A stretch of 64,000 nt of DNA from assembly GCA_965203985.1 (NCBI GenBank), contig CBDBDS010000006.1, positions 16,588 through 80,587 on the forward strand, in the 5' to 3' direction. The DNA comes from Dehalococcoidia bacterium. GTDB lineage: Bacteria > Chloroflexota > Dehalococcoidia > Lucifugimonadales > UBA3495. The notes below the pieces were generated by a model. That model saw only the letters and a program-made list of their open reading frames with translations, had not been told where the DNA came from and searched no databases. The translations under genes were made by a program, and so were the position numbers. How positions within the stretch are numbered: the stretch's first letter is position 1; each line of letters begins with the position of its first letter. Below are positions 1 through 11,133 of this stretch, piece by piece.

Positions 1-2484
1 TGCATCGGTGATGCCCAGAATGCGCTGCATCAACTCGATTCCGTCGGTACCAGGCAGCATCAGGTCCAGCAGAATGAGATGGGGATTCTCCGCCTCGATC
101 AGATGCGTCACTTCATTGGGATTGACGGTCACAATCGGAGCGTAGCCCGCCTGGGAAAGGGTGTTCCGGATGTGAAGGAGGACCTGCATCTCGTCGTCTA
201 CGGCGAGGATGCGCGTGCGCTCTCTGGCCGCCGGTCCGGAGACGGCGCCGGAGTTGTCCCGGCTGGCCGTCGGGCCGTGGATGGCCTCGTCCACGGTGGG
301 GACCGTAAAGGTGAACCGCGCGCCGAGTCCTTCACCGGCGCTCTCGGCCCGGATGCGGCCTCCGTGGGCCTCCACTATTCCCCGGCAGATGGCGAGGCCC
401 AGGCCGTTCCCGTAATCGTGCAGGCTGCGTCTCTCCCCATCCTGCCGGGAGAACTTTCGGAAAAGGTGCGGCATCTGCTGAGCGCCGATGCCTCTGCCCT
501 CGTCGGATACGGAGACGGCAACGTACACGTCATCCACCGACGCGCTCACCCGGATGGCGGACTGGTCCGGAGAGTACCGGGAGGCGTTAGACAAGAGGTT
601 GTTCAGGACCTGCAACATACGTTGCCGGTCGGCGCTGACCCGGGGCAGGTCCGGGGACAGGTCGATATCGACGCTGTTGCGGGCACCGCCGCGCAGAAAG
701 GCGCTTCTGGCGTCTTCAACCAGCATCGCCAACGTCGGTAGGCTCGGGGGTGATTGTCAGCGTCCCCGCGTCGATGGCGCGTTACGTCGAGCAGGTCGCT
801 GATCAGACGGCGCATATGGTTGGACTGCTCGTCAACGATTCGGAAGAGCTGTAGCATCTCGGCAGTATCCACCGCCGGCTGCGGAGTCCAGCGCCGTCGT
901 GGTGGCGCCTTTGCTTGTGGTCAGTGGCGTCCGCAGTTCATGGCCCACCATCCCGATGAACTCGGAGCGCTGCCGCAGCAGGTCCTCCAGGGGCGTCATG
1001 TCCTGAATGGTGGTAACGACGGAGACGACCTCGCCCGTTTCCGAAAAGACCGGCGTGGCGTTCTGGACGGTGGGTACCTCCTGGCCGTCCGGGAGAACGA
1101 CGACTATCTCGTCGGCGCGCACCGTCCCGCCGTCGCGTATTGCCCGGGCCGGCGGCAATTCCTCCTGGGGAATCTCCTGACCGTCCGGACGCCGGAAGCT
1201 CATCACGCTGTGCATCTCCTCCTGGCTGCGGCCCGGCGGCCGCAGCCCGCGGACGATGCGCCTCACCTCCTGGTTGAGGGACGTCAGGCGCATCGTCTTC
1301 GCATCGAAGACCAGCACCCCCACGGGCGAGATTTCGATCAGCGCTTCCAGGTCGGCTCTGGCCTGCTGTTCGGCCCGGTAGGCCCGGGCATTGGCCACTG
1401 AGATGGCGGCCTGGGCGGCGAACACATCCATCAGTTCCTCATCCGCTGCGGTGAACTCCGGGTCTCCTTCCCGGTTGGCGAGGTAGAAGTGGCCCAAATG
1501 GGTGTCGCCGTAATAAATCGGCACGTACAACGTGGCCTTGAAGGGGGGCAGGCTTTCGACGTCAAAGCCTTGGGCCCGGACGTAGGCCATCACGTCTGGC
1601 GTTCGCCACGTGTAGGGGCGGCTGTGATAGTGCTCCAGGAGCTCAACCCCTCTCGGCATCTCCACCATCGACTGGTGTTCTTCGGGAGTGAATCCGGAGG
1701 TGCCAAAGTCCGCCAGTCGGCCCGCATCGTCCAAGGTGGTAATCAAGCCGTAGTGCGCCCCGGTAAGAGCCCGGGCGCCGGTCACAATCCCGTTGAGAAC
1801 GTTATCGACGTCGAGGCTCTCGCTGGGGAGGCGCATCGCCTCGCAAAGCCGGAAGAACCGTTCGTTCATGGCCCTCAGGTCGGCCCTGGCCCGGGTTTCT
1901 TCCCGGTGCCGGCGGGCGTTGGCGATGGCCGTCGCCGCGTGGGAGGCGAACATGGTGATGGTCTCTTCGTCTTCCGGCGTGAACTCCCGCCCGCCCTCCT
2001 TTTCAGTGAGGTAGATGTTCCCCAGCCGCTCGCCGTGATGGAAGACCGGGGTCCCCAAGAAGCTCCGCATCGGCGGGTGTCCCTCGGGAAAGCCGATTGA
2101 CCGGGGATGACCGGCGATGTCCCGGAGCCGCAGCGGTCCCTTAACCTCGTTGAGGTACTGCAGCATCCCCAGGACCTTGGGCTCTGCCCTGATCCCCGCT
2201 ATCTGCTCCGGGGTCACTCCGGAGGTGATGAGGCCCTCAACGTCCCCGGCATGGCCGAGGACCAGGAGCGCGCCGTACCGGGCGCCGGTCAGCGCGCGGG
2301 CTCCGTCGATGATGCCTTGGAGCACCGCGTCCAGGTCCAGGTTCTCGGTGATGCGCAGAGCGGCCGCGCTCAGCCCGGAAAGGCGGGCCCGCAGCGCCGC
2401 GTTCTCCTGATTCAGCCGGTCGACTTCTTCGAAGCTGACGCCCGACCTCGGCGGAACCTGTGGTTCCTGGGCGCGTGTGGTCAT
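1..2484 (-). pseudogene. hybrid sensor histidine kinase (GAF-GAF-PAS-HisKA-HATPase_c-receiver), frameshifted; 3' end runs off the window
   Basis: ORF 832..2484 has two GAF-like blocks, a PAS-like block and the H-box HELRTPLTT. HisKA continues in another frame (603..872: LISDLLDVTR). A third frame reads ...SADRQRMLQVLNNL (N-box region). Reverse translation of 1..90 reads PHLILLDLMLPGTDGIELMQRILGITDA (receiver domain). At least three frame changes lie between ~735 and ~880. Confidence 0.8.
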
Positions 2485-2844
2485 GCGCGGATTGTACCAC
2501 TCAAACCAGAAATCTACACAAAATCAGCACAATTACCGGACATAAAAACACGATGGCTACATACCGGCCCCGTACCTTGTTTTGTCGCAACGCCTGCGGA
2601 GCAGGACGGACCGCCATGATAAGCGTCGGAGCAACACGTCAGCAGGCCATCTCGGGATCTCGGCTAACCATCATTGAAGAGGCCGTGCACAGCCCACCAA
2701 GGGACCAACCCGAAGAATTCCTGAGAGCCCCTATGGACTGCTTCTCCACCCCCCCGATAGCGGAGGACCTTTCGGGAACCGGAGCGACCGCGCAGCGCCG
2801 GATTTGCGCCGGCGGTTGGTTGGCGAGAAGGCGATAGAACAACA

Positions 2845-4179
2845 ATGATGCGCTTTGACTCCATCAGCCGCCGCATACCAAGCGGTCACGCCCAGGTTGC
2901 CTGGTCCGCTTGGACTACCCTGGGAGTCGTTACCCTTTTTCACACCATCGGTATGCCGTTGCAGACCTACGGTGGGCTGCTGATGTATATGCTGACCGAG
3001 CCGATAACCGAGGGCGGACGGTTCGGCTGGTCCAACGGCAGCGTTGGGGCGGCCCTGGGCTGTTTCTTTTTGGTCGCCGGTTTGGCCGCGCCCATACTGG
3101 GTGCAGTGGGGGACCGCTGGGGCGGGAGGCGGGTGTTGTTGGGCATGGCGCTGCTCTACGGCGCGGGCATGGCCGGCCTGGGCTTGATGCGCGATGAATG
3201 GCACTTTTTCCTGGTTTATGGCGGCCTGCTGTCGCTGGTTTTCATCGCCTCGATAGTGCCCATGATGGGCTTGCTGAACCCGTGGTTCCAGCGTCGTCTG
3301 GGACTGGCCATCGGAGTGGTGCAGTCCTTAGGCTCCCTGGGTAGCGCCGCGTTCACGCCGATTATGGCGCTGCTGCTGCAAAGGTGGGGATGGCTCCCGA
3401 CTTTCCTGGCCATGGGTCTGGTCGGCAGCGGCCTCATGCTGGCGGCGCTGCGCTTTTACCGCTGGAGACCGGACGCGCCCCGCTGTGGGCTAAGCGCCGC
3501 CGCCGAGGATACCCCGGCCGTGGACCCCCGGGCGGAAGAGCGCGCGAGGCTGGTCCGCCAGCAGATGCGCGCCACTCAAGCCTACTGGAAGCTGCCCATC
3601 ATCCACGGCCTGGGCTGTGGGGGACACGGCATCGTGCTGGCCTTTGTGGTCAGCTTGGTGGCTCACAACGGTTTTGGCAACGTGACCAGCGCGCTGGTGC
3701 TCACCCTGATGACGTTCGGCAGCATCCCCAGCCGGTTGCTGTCTCCCATGCTGGCTGAGCGCATGGAGGGTCGCACTCTGATGTCCGCCGTGCTGCTGCT
3801 GCAGGGCTTGGGCATAGTGGGATTTCTGATCAGCCACGACCTGTGGGCCTTGTACGTCGTTGCCACGCTGTTCGGCATAGCCTACGGCGGCGAAGCTACG
3901 GTTTATCCGGTAATCAACCGCCGTTACTTCGGCCGGCGTCCGTTGTCCGGAGTACATGGTCGCCAGTTGCTGGGCGCATTAGTGGGGCAAAGCCTGAGCG
4001 TGGCCGCCGCCGGCCTGATTATTGACCATTTCGGCGAAGTCCCAGGCTTCACGCTGGGCATTGCTCTGAACTTCGCCGGGGCCGCGCTGGTTTGGACTAT
4101 GGAGAGTACGCGGATTGTGCTGGTTACTGTAGAGGACGGCCCCGATCCAGGCGAGGTGGCGCCAGGCAGGTGCTGTTAG
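2845..4179 (+). CDS. MFS-type transporter
   Basis: 444-aa ORF, hydrophobic throughout with about 12 predicted TM segments. It has an MFS-like loop motif, GAVGDRWGGRRVLLGMALLYGAG. Ends in TAG. Confidence 0.85.
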   Translation: MMRFDSISRRIPSGHAQVAWSAWTTLGVVTLFHTIGMPLQTYGGLLMYMLTEPITEGGRFGWSNGSVGAALGCFFLVAGLAAPILGAVGDRWGGRRVLLGMALLYGAGMAGLGLMRDEWHFFLVYGGLLSLVFIASIVPMMGLLNPWFQRRLGLAIGVVQSLGSLGSAAFTPIMALLLQRWGWLPTFLAMGLVGSGLMLAALRFYRWRPDAPRCGLSAAAEDTPAVDPRAEERARLVRQQMRATQAYWKLPIIHGLGCGGHGIVLAFVVSLVAHNGFGNVTSALVLTLMTFGSIPSRLLSPMLAERMEGRTLMSAVLLLQGLGIVGFLISHDLWALYVVATLFGIAYGGEATVYPVINRRYFGRRPLSGVHGRQLLGALVGQSLSVAAAGLIIDHFGEVPGFTLGIALNFAGAALVWTMESTRIVLVTVEDGPDPGEVAPGRCC

Positions 4180-4391
4180 CCGCACGAGTCGCAGCGGCGC
4201 TCTTTGGAAATCGCTGCATAGTACCGGTTCTCGAGGCTGTTGGATGCAGTGCGGTCGAATTCCTGCCAGTACCGGCGGCGCATATTGCGCAGCCTGGCAA
4301 TCAGCCGGTTAATTTCTTCCTGATTGGCTCCTATCAGGCTGGCGGAAAGCGCGCCCAGTTGCCGGAATGGGCCGACGCATGAAAAACGCAT
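4176..4391 (-). CDS. hypothetical small protein (coiled-coil-like, C-terminal CDSCG)
   Basis: 71-aa ORF in a lower-GC patch, convergent with the MFS gene. No recognisable family. Confidence 0.25.
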   Translation of the reverse strand: MRFSCVGPFRQLGALSASLIGANQEEINRLIARLRNMRRRYWQEFDRTASNSLENRYYAAISKERRCDSCG

Positions 4392-4424
4392 ATCGTATCC
4401 TCCGATTCCTTTTTTGCTCCAGTC

Positions 4425-4679
4425 TCACTTGCAGCGTCGTAATCGCAATCTATAGCTTTCCTGGGCTGTCCTTTCCCAGTCGCGCTGCTGACGCTGTATC
4501 CACTGACAGTTCACGTTCCACGTATTCGGTCCGCATTGCGTTTTATGATAATCATTATCGCCAGTGTAGCGCAGGTTGGAACGGAAGTCAAAAGGCCGCA
4601 GTCGGAATAATCGCCGGAAGTCCAGCAAATTTTGAGATTCCGGGTTGGGAGAAACCGCCATTACCAGCCCTGAATGCAA
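4425..4679 (-). CDS. hypothetical small protein
   Basis: 84-aa ORF directly upstream of and co-oriented with 4176..4391, in the same lower-GC patch. A competing plus-strand ORF (4367..4684) exists. Confidence 0.2.
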   Translation of the reverse strand: MHSGLVMAVSPNPESQNLLDFRRLFRLRPFDFRSNLRYTGDNDYHKTQCGPNTWNVNCQWIQRQQRDWERTAQESYRLRLRRCK

Positions 4680-4832
4680 CCTAATAAGGGGCTGTTACGC
4701 CGACTTTTCGCCAGAGTTACGCCTGTGTAACGGATTGTCGTTCAGCGCGCCGGCCCGGGCAGCTTTCGCGGCGGCTTCGCGGGTTTCCGGTGTGGCGTGG
4801 ATCTCCCCGAGTTCGTTGGGTGCCAGGTTTTC

Positions 4833-4992
4833 GAGGTCTGCCACGCTCACGCGTACCCAGTTTCGCCGGAGCTGTCATTGCGAGCGAAGCGCGGCAATCT
4901 CGTCAGGGCAACGGACACCGCAGCGGGAACGAGATCGCCACGTCGCTGCGCTCCTCGCGATGACAAACTGGGTACGCGTGAGGTCTGCCACG
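4833..4992. mobile_element. MITE-like palindromic element (~135 bp) flanked by an 11-13 bp direct repeat
   Basis: Direct repeat GAGGTCTGCCACG at 4833-4845 and 4980-4992. Perfect 16-17 bp inverted termini: CACGCGTACCCAGTTT at 4848-4863 and AAACTGGGTACGCGTG at 4965-4980. The interior is an imperfect long palindrome (GTCATTGCGAGCGAAGCGCGGCAATCTCG ... CGAGATCGCCACGTCGCTGCGCTCCTCGCGATGAC). Confidence 0.55.
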
Positions 4993-5141
4993 GCCTTGAC
5001 GTGAAAACAGCACGAGGTGATAGTTGGCGTTCGCCGAGAGCGTGGTCCCCGCCGGCGCCGGGAAGGCCACGTCGCCCGGCTGCATCACGTCGGGAACGAC
5101 CCGGGCCGCGAAGCCCTTGCCCCAGGCCAGCGCACGGATGC

Positions 5142-5177
5142 AAAAAGGCGGGCGTCCGACCTGAGCCGGACGCCCGC
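5142..5177 (-). terminator. rho-independent terminator downstream of the surface-protein gene
   Basis: Perfect 11-bp GC-rich stem (GCGGGCGTCCG at 5148-5158, CGGACGCCCGC at 5167-5177). A T5 run follows on the minus strand (A-run at 5142-5146 on plus). It lies ~50 nt past the stop at 5228. Confidence 0.8.
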
Positions 5178-5227
5178 GCGGAATAGCCGGCGGTTGGGGC
5201 GGCCACTACCCGGCCCCGCCGGGGGGA

Positions 5228-8200
5228 TTATTGACCCGTCTGGCCGTCTCCCGACTCCGGCAGGGTGATGCTGGCGTGGACCCGCTCGCCCTTGCCGGCC
5301 TCGTTCTGCGCCCGCGCCCAGACCTGGTAGGTCTGGCCGGGTTGCAGGTTGTTGAATTTCACCTGCGTCTTCTTTGCCTTGGGCCGCTTGGTCGTGCCGC
5401 TGCCCTGCTGGCCTCCCTCGGGACGCAGGTGGACGATGTATCCATCGGGCGCGCCGCCAGTCTCAGGAGCGCTCCAGCTCACCGTTACACTGTTCTCCGC
5501 AGAGGCCGTCACCGTCAGGCCCGTCACCGGGCCGGGCAGTTCCACCCCCTGCTGCTGTGCGGCGGGCACCGTTACGTTGAAGGCGTCGCTGATGCTGTTG
5601 CCGTCGGAGTCCCGGGCCGTGACCGTGATGGTCGCGGTGCCAGCGGCCACGCCGATCACCGTGATGGCGGTTGCCGACCCGGTCGACGGGTCAATGGTAT
5701 TGGCGACCTGGACAACCGTGCTGTCCGAGGTGGTGGCGCTGATGGTCAGCGCATCCCCGTCGGCATCGCTGAAGACGCCGGACATTGAGACCTCGTGGGT
5801 CGCGTCAATCTCCAGTTCGCTCACGTCGGCGATGGCGCTGGCCACCACCGGGGCGGCCTTGACCGTGACGGTGAACGTGTCTTCCACAGACTCGCCGTTG
5901 CCGTCGGCCGCGGTCACCGTGATGTTCGCCGTCCCGCGAGACTGCGCGCTCACCGTCAACGTTGAGTAGTCGGCCGACACGGTTGCTGTGGCCACGCTGG
6001 TGCTGGACGACTCGGCCGTGATGGTCAGGTTGTCGGAGTCAGCGTCGCTGAACACGCCCGACAGGGACACCTGGCTGGTGCCGCTCCGGTTCACGATGGT
6101 CGCGTCGGCAATGGCGCTGGACACCGTGGGCGCGTTGTTGACCTTGATCACCGTTACGTCGAAAGCATCGCTGACGGTGTTGCCGTCGCTGTCCTGGGCC
6201 GTTACCGTGATGGTTGCCGTGCCCCCGCCCTTTCCGGTCAGGGTCAGGCCGGAGTAGTCGGCAGCCACGGCCACGGTGGCAACGGCGTCGTTTGACGAGT
6301 TCGCCGTAACGGTCAGGCTGTCGCCGTCGGCATCGTTGAAGACGCCGGACAGCGAAACCTTGTGCGTCGCATCAACCTCCAGTTCGCTCACGTCGGCGAT
6401 GGCCGAGGCCACCGTGGGCGCAGCTTTCACCGTCACGGTGAAACTGTCATCCACCGAGCCGCCGTTGCCGTCGTTGGCAGTTACCGTGATGGTCGCCGGG
6501 CCTTGCATCCACGGGCAGGAAGAGAACCGGCATGTCCCGCGCTTCTTCGCACTGACCGTCAGCGACGTCTGATCCGAGGCCACCGACACCGTCGCAATGG
6601 CCGTAGCCGACGACATGGCCGTTATCGTCAGGGAATCCTGGTCAGCATCGCCAAACACCCCGGACAGAGATACCTGGTGCGTCCCGCTTTCGTTGGCAAT
6701 GGTTGCGTCCGAGATGGCGCTTGCCACCGTGGGCGCGCTGTTGGCCTTGACGACCGTAACGTCGAAAGCGTCGCTGACCTGGTTGCCGGCGGGGTCCTGC
6801 GCGGTGACCGTGATCGTCGCCGTGCCCGCGGCCTTTCCGGCAAGGGTCAGAGTGGAGTAGTCAGCGGCCACGGCTGCCGTGGCCACAGCGTCGTTTGACG
6901 ACGCGGCGCTGAGCGTCAGCGCGTCGCCATCGGCGTCGGAGAACACGCCCGACAGCGAGATCTCCTGACTTGCGCCTACTTCAAGGCTGCTGATGTCGGC
7001 AATCGCTGATGCGACCGCCGGCTTCGCTTCGCGCGTCACCGTGACCGTGTAGGTCTGACGCTGGCCGTTGAACAGCGTCTTCACGACCAGGACGTTCTCG
7101 CCGACCGCCAGCGCGACCGCCGGACCGGTCCCGCCGCTGCTCACCTGGCTCTTTCCTTTCCCGTCGAGGCCTGTCGTGATCGTGAGATGCGGGTTCAGTG
7201 ACTTCGGTGTCAGCCGCGCGTGCGTCGTCCCGTGCGGAACCGTCGCCGCATAGGCGGTCGTGGCCGGCGCGAACGAGCCGATGTCCAGCGCCGTGAACGG
7301 GCCCTCCTCACCGGACGCGCCCTCCGCCGTCAGGGCGGACAGGCTCGTCGGCTCGTGGTTGTAGATCGTCCCGGTCCCCCGGTCCCTGCCCAGGACCGCG
7401 CCGTGCGGCGGATTGCCCAGCACCACGTAGAACGTCTCGCCCGAATCCTCCACATTGTCGTCGAGGATGCTGATGCACTTCTCCTTGCGCGTCTCGCCGG
7501 GATCGAACCCAATCGCCAGGGGGTGCGTGATCCCTCTGTAGTCCAGCCCGGCCGTCGCCGTGCCGTCCTCGGTCCAGTAGTTCACCCAGATCTCGTGCGA
7601 TGCCGCACGGTCCAGCGTGAATGCGAAGCACATCCTCGGATAGCCGTTCTCCATCTCCGTGCCCGAGGCGTCCGACACCGACACCCTGTGCGGATCGGCA
7701 TTCTCGTCGAGGACCTGCACTCTGGCGGTACTCTGGCTGCCTTTGGCATCCAGGGGTCTGGGTTTCGGCATCCGATGCCAGTCGACCGCGATCTGGTATT
7801 GCTTCATCTCCCCGTCTTCAAGCTGCGGCGCTGTGAGCTGGTGTGTACCGGTAGTCTGTCCGGCCGGGATGTCGATGTCGAAGGTCCCCGCCATCGCCGA
7901 ATAGAGCGGGATGCTGACCTCGCCCAGCGCCTCCGACAGCGTCGCCGTCACCGTGACCGGCGATCCCTCCTGCACAGGGCTCGGAGAGGCCGAGAGCGAG
8001 ACCGTGGGCGGATTGTAAGTCAGGTGGACCTGGACCCACCGGTTCTTGGTCCAGTTGGGAGCTGATACTAAACTGATTTGCGCGGAAGTAGCTGTAATAG
8101 TGTCCGCGTCCGCGACCGGAAACGGGTTACCGTCGAGATGCAGCGTCAGCCTCCGCCAAGCGGCATCGGCGATGCCTGTGGTAAATCCAAGATCCAGCGC

Positions 8201-9335
8201 GGCGAACCCGCCTCCAAAATTGTTGAGGGTCAACTGCTGGATCGTATTCGCAGTTCCCTTGTACGTGAAGCTGTTGGTCGTCAGCGCGGCGCTGCAGTTT
8301 GCAATCGTAGCTTCGCCGTCGTCGCATCCACGGAAAGTTCCGCTCGCATCCACCCGCAGCGTGGCGGACAACAGGATTTGGCTCCCGGGCGCGGGGGCGA
8401 ACTCCCTGACGGGCGGCGGCGCCGTGCCTGACGTCGTGCCCGTCACGAACGCCCAGTCGCCGCCGCCGGCGCTGTTCCTTGACCGCACCCGGAACCGGTA
8501 GGTGGTGCCGGGAGTGAGGTCGGAAATCGTCTTCTGTTGCGTACCGCTGATGAACGGGACCCGAAGCGGCACCCAGCCCGCCGAGGGGTACTGGAAGCCC
8601 GGGGGGTTGTCCAGGGCCTTCCACGTGTCGGGAACCAGGCCCCGATCCAGCACCGAGGTGTAGTGCAAGTCGTAGCCCGTCACCTCTGTCTCTGCACTTA
8701 AATTGATCGCCTCCACAATGTGCTTGGGCTCAAACCATTGGAGGAGCATATTTTCGTTGCCCGGGGTGACCCTGAAGTTCGTTGGCGGGGGTGGAGGGGC
8801 GGTGGCGTCCACGCTCACCTCGACCCAATCGCTGGCCGTCTTTGGCTGCGCGGAAACGGCCGATATCCTGAAAGCGTAGGAGTTCCGGTTGGTCACGACG
8901 GTGGTACCAACACCTTCATCTTCCTGGCCACCGGAAAACACGAACCTGGAAACGGAGGCTTCAGGTTCGTACTTGGAACCTGCCCGGTGTACTGGACTCC
9001 AAGCGCTGAAGGGAGAATAGCTAGCCCTCCACTGAATTTGGTAGCGTTCTGCTGTCCCATCGCCCCATGAGCTGGGAGCGTTCCAGTTCAGGGTAACCTG
9101 GTCGTCACCGCGTGTAGCGCGGAAGTTTCGGGGCGCCGAGGGCGGGTCGTTGGAAATCAAGCTCACCTGGACCTGCTGGCCGTCGCTCCAACTTAACTCT
9201 ACATTACTGAATTGCCATGCAATAGTCGATGACGACCCTTCTCCCGCGTCTAATAAAGGAAACGACTTGTCGCCGAGCTGAAACGCCAGGCGCCTCCAGT
9301 TGCTACCGAGCCCTCTAGGGTTGTCTTCTGCAGAG
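5228..9335 (-). pseudogene. C-terminal ~1370 codons of an interrupted giant surface protein (FN3, Calx-beta, five cadherin/Ig-like DADGD repeats, C-terminal FN3)
   Basis: The track ORF 5228..9166 starts at an internal GTG and has no signal peptide. The same frame stays open upstream to the transposon junction (...AEDNPRGLGSNWRRLAFQLGDKSFPLLDAGEGSSS...). Calx-beta signature: YWTEDGTATAGLDYRG...FDPGETRKEKCISILDDNVEDSGETFYVVL. FN3-like segments are present at both ends. Confidence 0.85.
5567..7030 (-). repeat. five tandem ~93-105-codon intragenic repeats (two alternating subtypes)
   Basis: Repeated protein blocks of the form P.VASAIAD.S.LEV.A.H.VSLSGVF.DADGD.LT..A.SS...VATV.V.ADYS.LTL.G...GTATITVTAQD..GN.VSDAFDVTV, alternating with a ...ATI.N.SGT.QVSLSGVF... 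subtype. Confidence 0.85.
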
Positions 9336-9336
9336 A

Positions 9337-9465
9337 CCGGCTTTGTCCTTAAATGGCCATTTCGGGACGCATTTCGAGACAGGGAATGGCTTTATGGGAC
9401 AGGACACATTCCTTTATGGGACAAGGCGCGCATTTTGGGACAACTAATTATCACTGTCCCAAAAT
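9337..9465. repeat. left-end repeat array of the transposon (terminal inverted copy, five direct copies, one inverted copy)
   Basis: CCATTTCGGGACG 9357-9369, GCATTTCGAGACA 9369-9381, GGCTTTATGGGACA 9388-9401, TCCTTTATGGGACA 9410-9423, GCATTTTGGGACA 9430-9442. One inverted copy: TGTCCCAAAAT 9455-9465. The terminal GGACAAAGCCGG is present in reverse complement at 9337-9348. Confidence 0.8.
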
Positions 9466-9555
9466 AGCATTTTGCAAGCAATTTCGCTAATGCGAGTAAT
9501 TTCAGTCCGCCGGCCTTTGCCCTCACATTGTCGGTGGGGATGGGCACTCCATATA

Positions 9556-9592
9556 GAAAAACCCCGCGGGCGAAAAGCCCCGCGGGGTTTTG
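9556..9592 (-). terminator. bidirectional rho-independent terminator after the Uma2 gene
   Basis: Stem CCCCGCGGGC (9562-9571) and GCCCCGCGGGG (9577-9587) with loop GAAAA. An A-run lies on one side and a T-run on the other, so it works on either strand. Confidence 0.75.
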
Positions 9593-9648
9593 TGACTGAT
9601 GTCCTGAGTACGCCATGAATGGGAATATCTGGGTTGAATAATGGAGCG

Positions 9649-10380
9649 TCAGTCCAAGGTCACACCCAGTTCCGCCAGCCGCTCCCGGAGTTGCTGGTTC
9701 TCCTGCTCGGCGGCGGCCCGCTCGTCTTCCGCTCTGCTCAGGTTGCGCAGCCAATCCCCCGTGCGTCGGTCAAAAAACCACAACTGATTGTGCGGCTCCG
9801 TATCAATGTCCACCCGCACGCACAGGTCCAGGTCCAGCACCTCGCTGCGGCCGCGCAGCATCCCGCCTGGCAGGTCAGCGATCACCGGAATAGGCTCCCA
9901 CTGGCCGTTGTCCAGGCGTTCACCGATGAGACGCTCGGGATACATGGTGCCCCCGGTGGGGTCGTAGCGCCAGTATTCCCTGACGCCGATTTCAGCATAC
10001 AGGTCTCGCTTCTCTCCCCGGTCCCGTTCCACCGTGCCCTCGGCGGCAAACTCCATCACTAAGTCGGGCGCTCCACCGTGAACCCAGGTCAACCATGGAT
10101 GGTCCGCGTCCGTGAAATCGGTCTCCACCGCCACGTAGATGTTGGGTGCCAACCGCCGTGCAGGGACACCCTCCACGAAGTACACGAACTGGTCCATGCC
10201 GACATACACCCTCGGGTTGTCCTGGTAACGCACCCGCAGGATCGAATAGCAGTCGGTCATCACGATCTTCTGGGGCGGCTTGCCGGGCATAGGCTCTCCA
10301 TCTTCGGCAGGATAGAGGATTCCGACCGGGTGAGCGCCGTTCAGGTCGGTTGAACTGGATAGTCTCACCTCTGTGGTCAT
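9649..10380 (-). CDS. Uma2-family (DUF820) putative endonuclease
   Basis: Family hallmark APDLVMEFAAEGTVERDRGEKRDLYAEIGVREYWRYDP. The start at 10380 is preferred over 10419 because GGAGGTG lies 5 nt upstream. Confidence 0.8.
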   Translation of the reverse strand: MTTEVRLSSSTDLNGAHPVGILYPAEDGEPMPGKPPQKIVMTDCYSILRVRYQDNPRVYVGMDQFVYFVEGVPARRLAPNIYVAVETDFTDADHPWLTWVHGGAPDLVMEFAAEGTVERDRGEKRDLYAEIGVREYWRYDPTGGTMYPERLIGERLDNGQWEPIPVIADLPGGMLRGRSEVLDLDLCVRVDIDTEPHNQLWFFDRRTGDWLRNLSRAEDERAAAEQENQQLRERLAELGVTLD

Positions 10381-10453
10381 ATCGTCACCTCCGTTTAGTG
10401 TGCCGTCATCATACCGCACCCAACGCTGGATAGACTATGATGTTCTCCGTTGG

Positions 10454-10891
10454 TCAGTCGCACATCTTGCTGGCGGGGATAATCGTGACGTCGGGGCCCA
10501 CAAAGACCCTGACCCAGTTCCGCGGCCCCTTGCCAGCGTCGTTCTTGCCCCGCACGTAGAGGGTCCAGTAGCCCTCGGACAAGTTGCGGAATGTAACCTC
10601 CCGTTTCTTGGCCTTGAGTCGCTTGACCTGTCCCGGTCCCATTTCGTCCTTGTTCTGCGGCTTGGCCCAGACGATCCACTTCTTGACCTCGCCTCCGTCC
10701 TCGGGCAAGGCCCAGCCGATGGTCGCGTGGTCGAGCATGGGCTGGACCTTCTCGAAGCACGGCACCCACCCCGGCCGTTCGTTCGTGCCCTCGGCGTCGG
10801 CAACCCGCACGCTGCCGAAGACACCCGCGGCCATCAAGCCCAGGATGAGGCTGAAGATGACACCGTTTCGCGTGGTGATAGTGGTGAACAT
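10454..10891 (-). CDS. secreted single-FN3-domain protein
   Basis: N-terminal signal peptide (VIFSLILGLMAAGVFGSVRVADA). The FN3-like body resembles the C-terminal FN3 of the giant protein (KRLKAKKREVTFRNLSEGYWTLYVRGKNDAGKG). GAGGAGG SD upstream. Confidence 0.7.
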   Translation of the reverse strand: MFTTITTRNGVIFSLILGLMAAGVFGSVRVADAEGTNERPGWVPCFEKVQPMLDHATIGWALPEDGGEVKKWIVWAKPQNKDEMGPGQVKRLKAKKREVTFRNLSEGYWTLYVRGKNDAGKGPRNWVRVFVGPDVTIIPASKMCD

Positions 10892-11133
10892 GATTTCCTC
10901 CTCATGGGGTCATGAATTCGGTACCTGGCAGGTTTGGCCTCGCACAATTCTGCTTAGACGACCACCACCGTTTGACTTTCCTTGCGTTTTATGCAGCTTA
11001 TGACGTGCGATGGGTGGGCATCTAAAGCGCGCCTTAATCCAGCACGCGGAGAAGATCATGATTTTCGGATTGACCACGTGCCAAAGCGTGGTTGCCATAG
11101 TATTGTCTGGGACCTTTGTGGCGTTGATAGCGG

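Noticed and set aside
79-741. 220-aa plus-strand ORF at the window start
   Set aside because: It is antisense to clear HATPase_c/HisKA/receiver coding sequence on the minus strand. This is a typical GC-rich shadow ORF.
4903-5088. 61-aa minus-strand ORF with a cupin-like GDVAFPAPAGT segment
   Set aside because: It starts right after the surface-gene terminator and runs into the MITE-like element. It is probably a gene remnant, and I could not reconstruct a consistent frame across the insertion.
9392-9754. 120-aa minus-strand ORF crossing the left repeat array
   Set aside because: It runs through the terminator hairpin and the GGGACA repeats. There is no coding signal.
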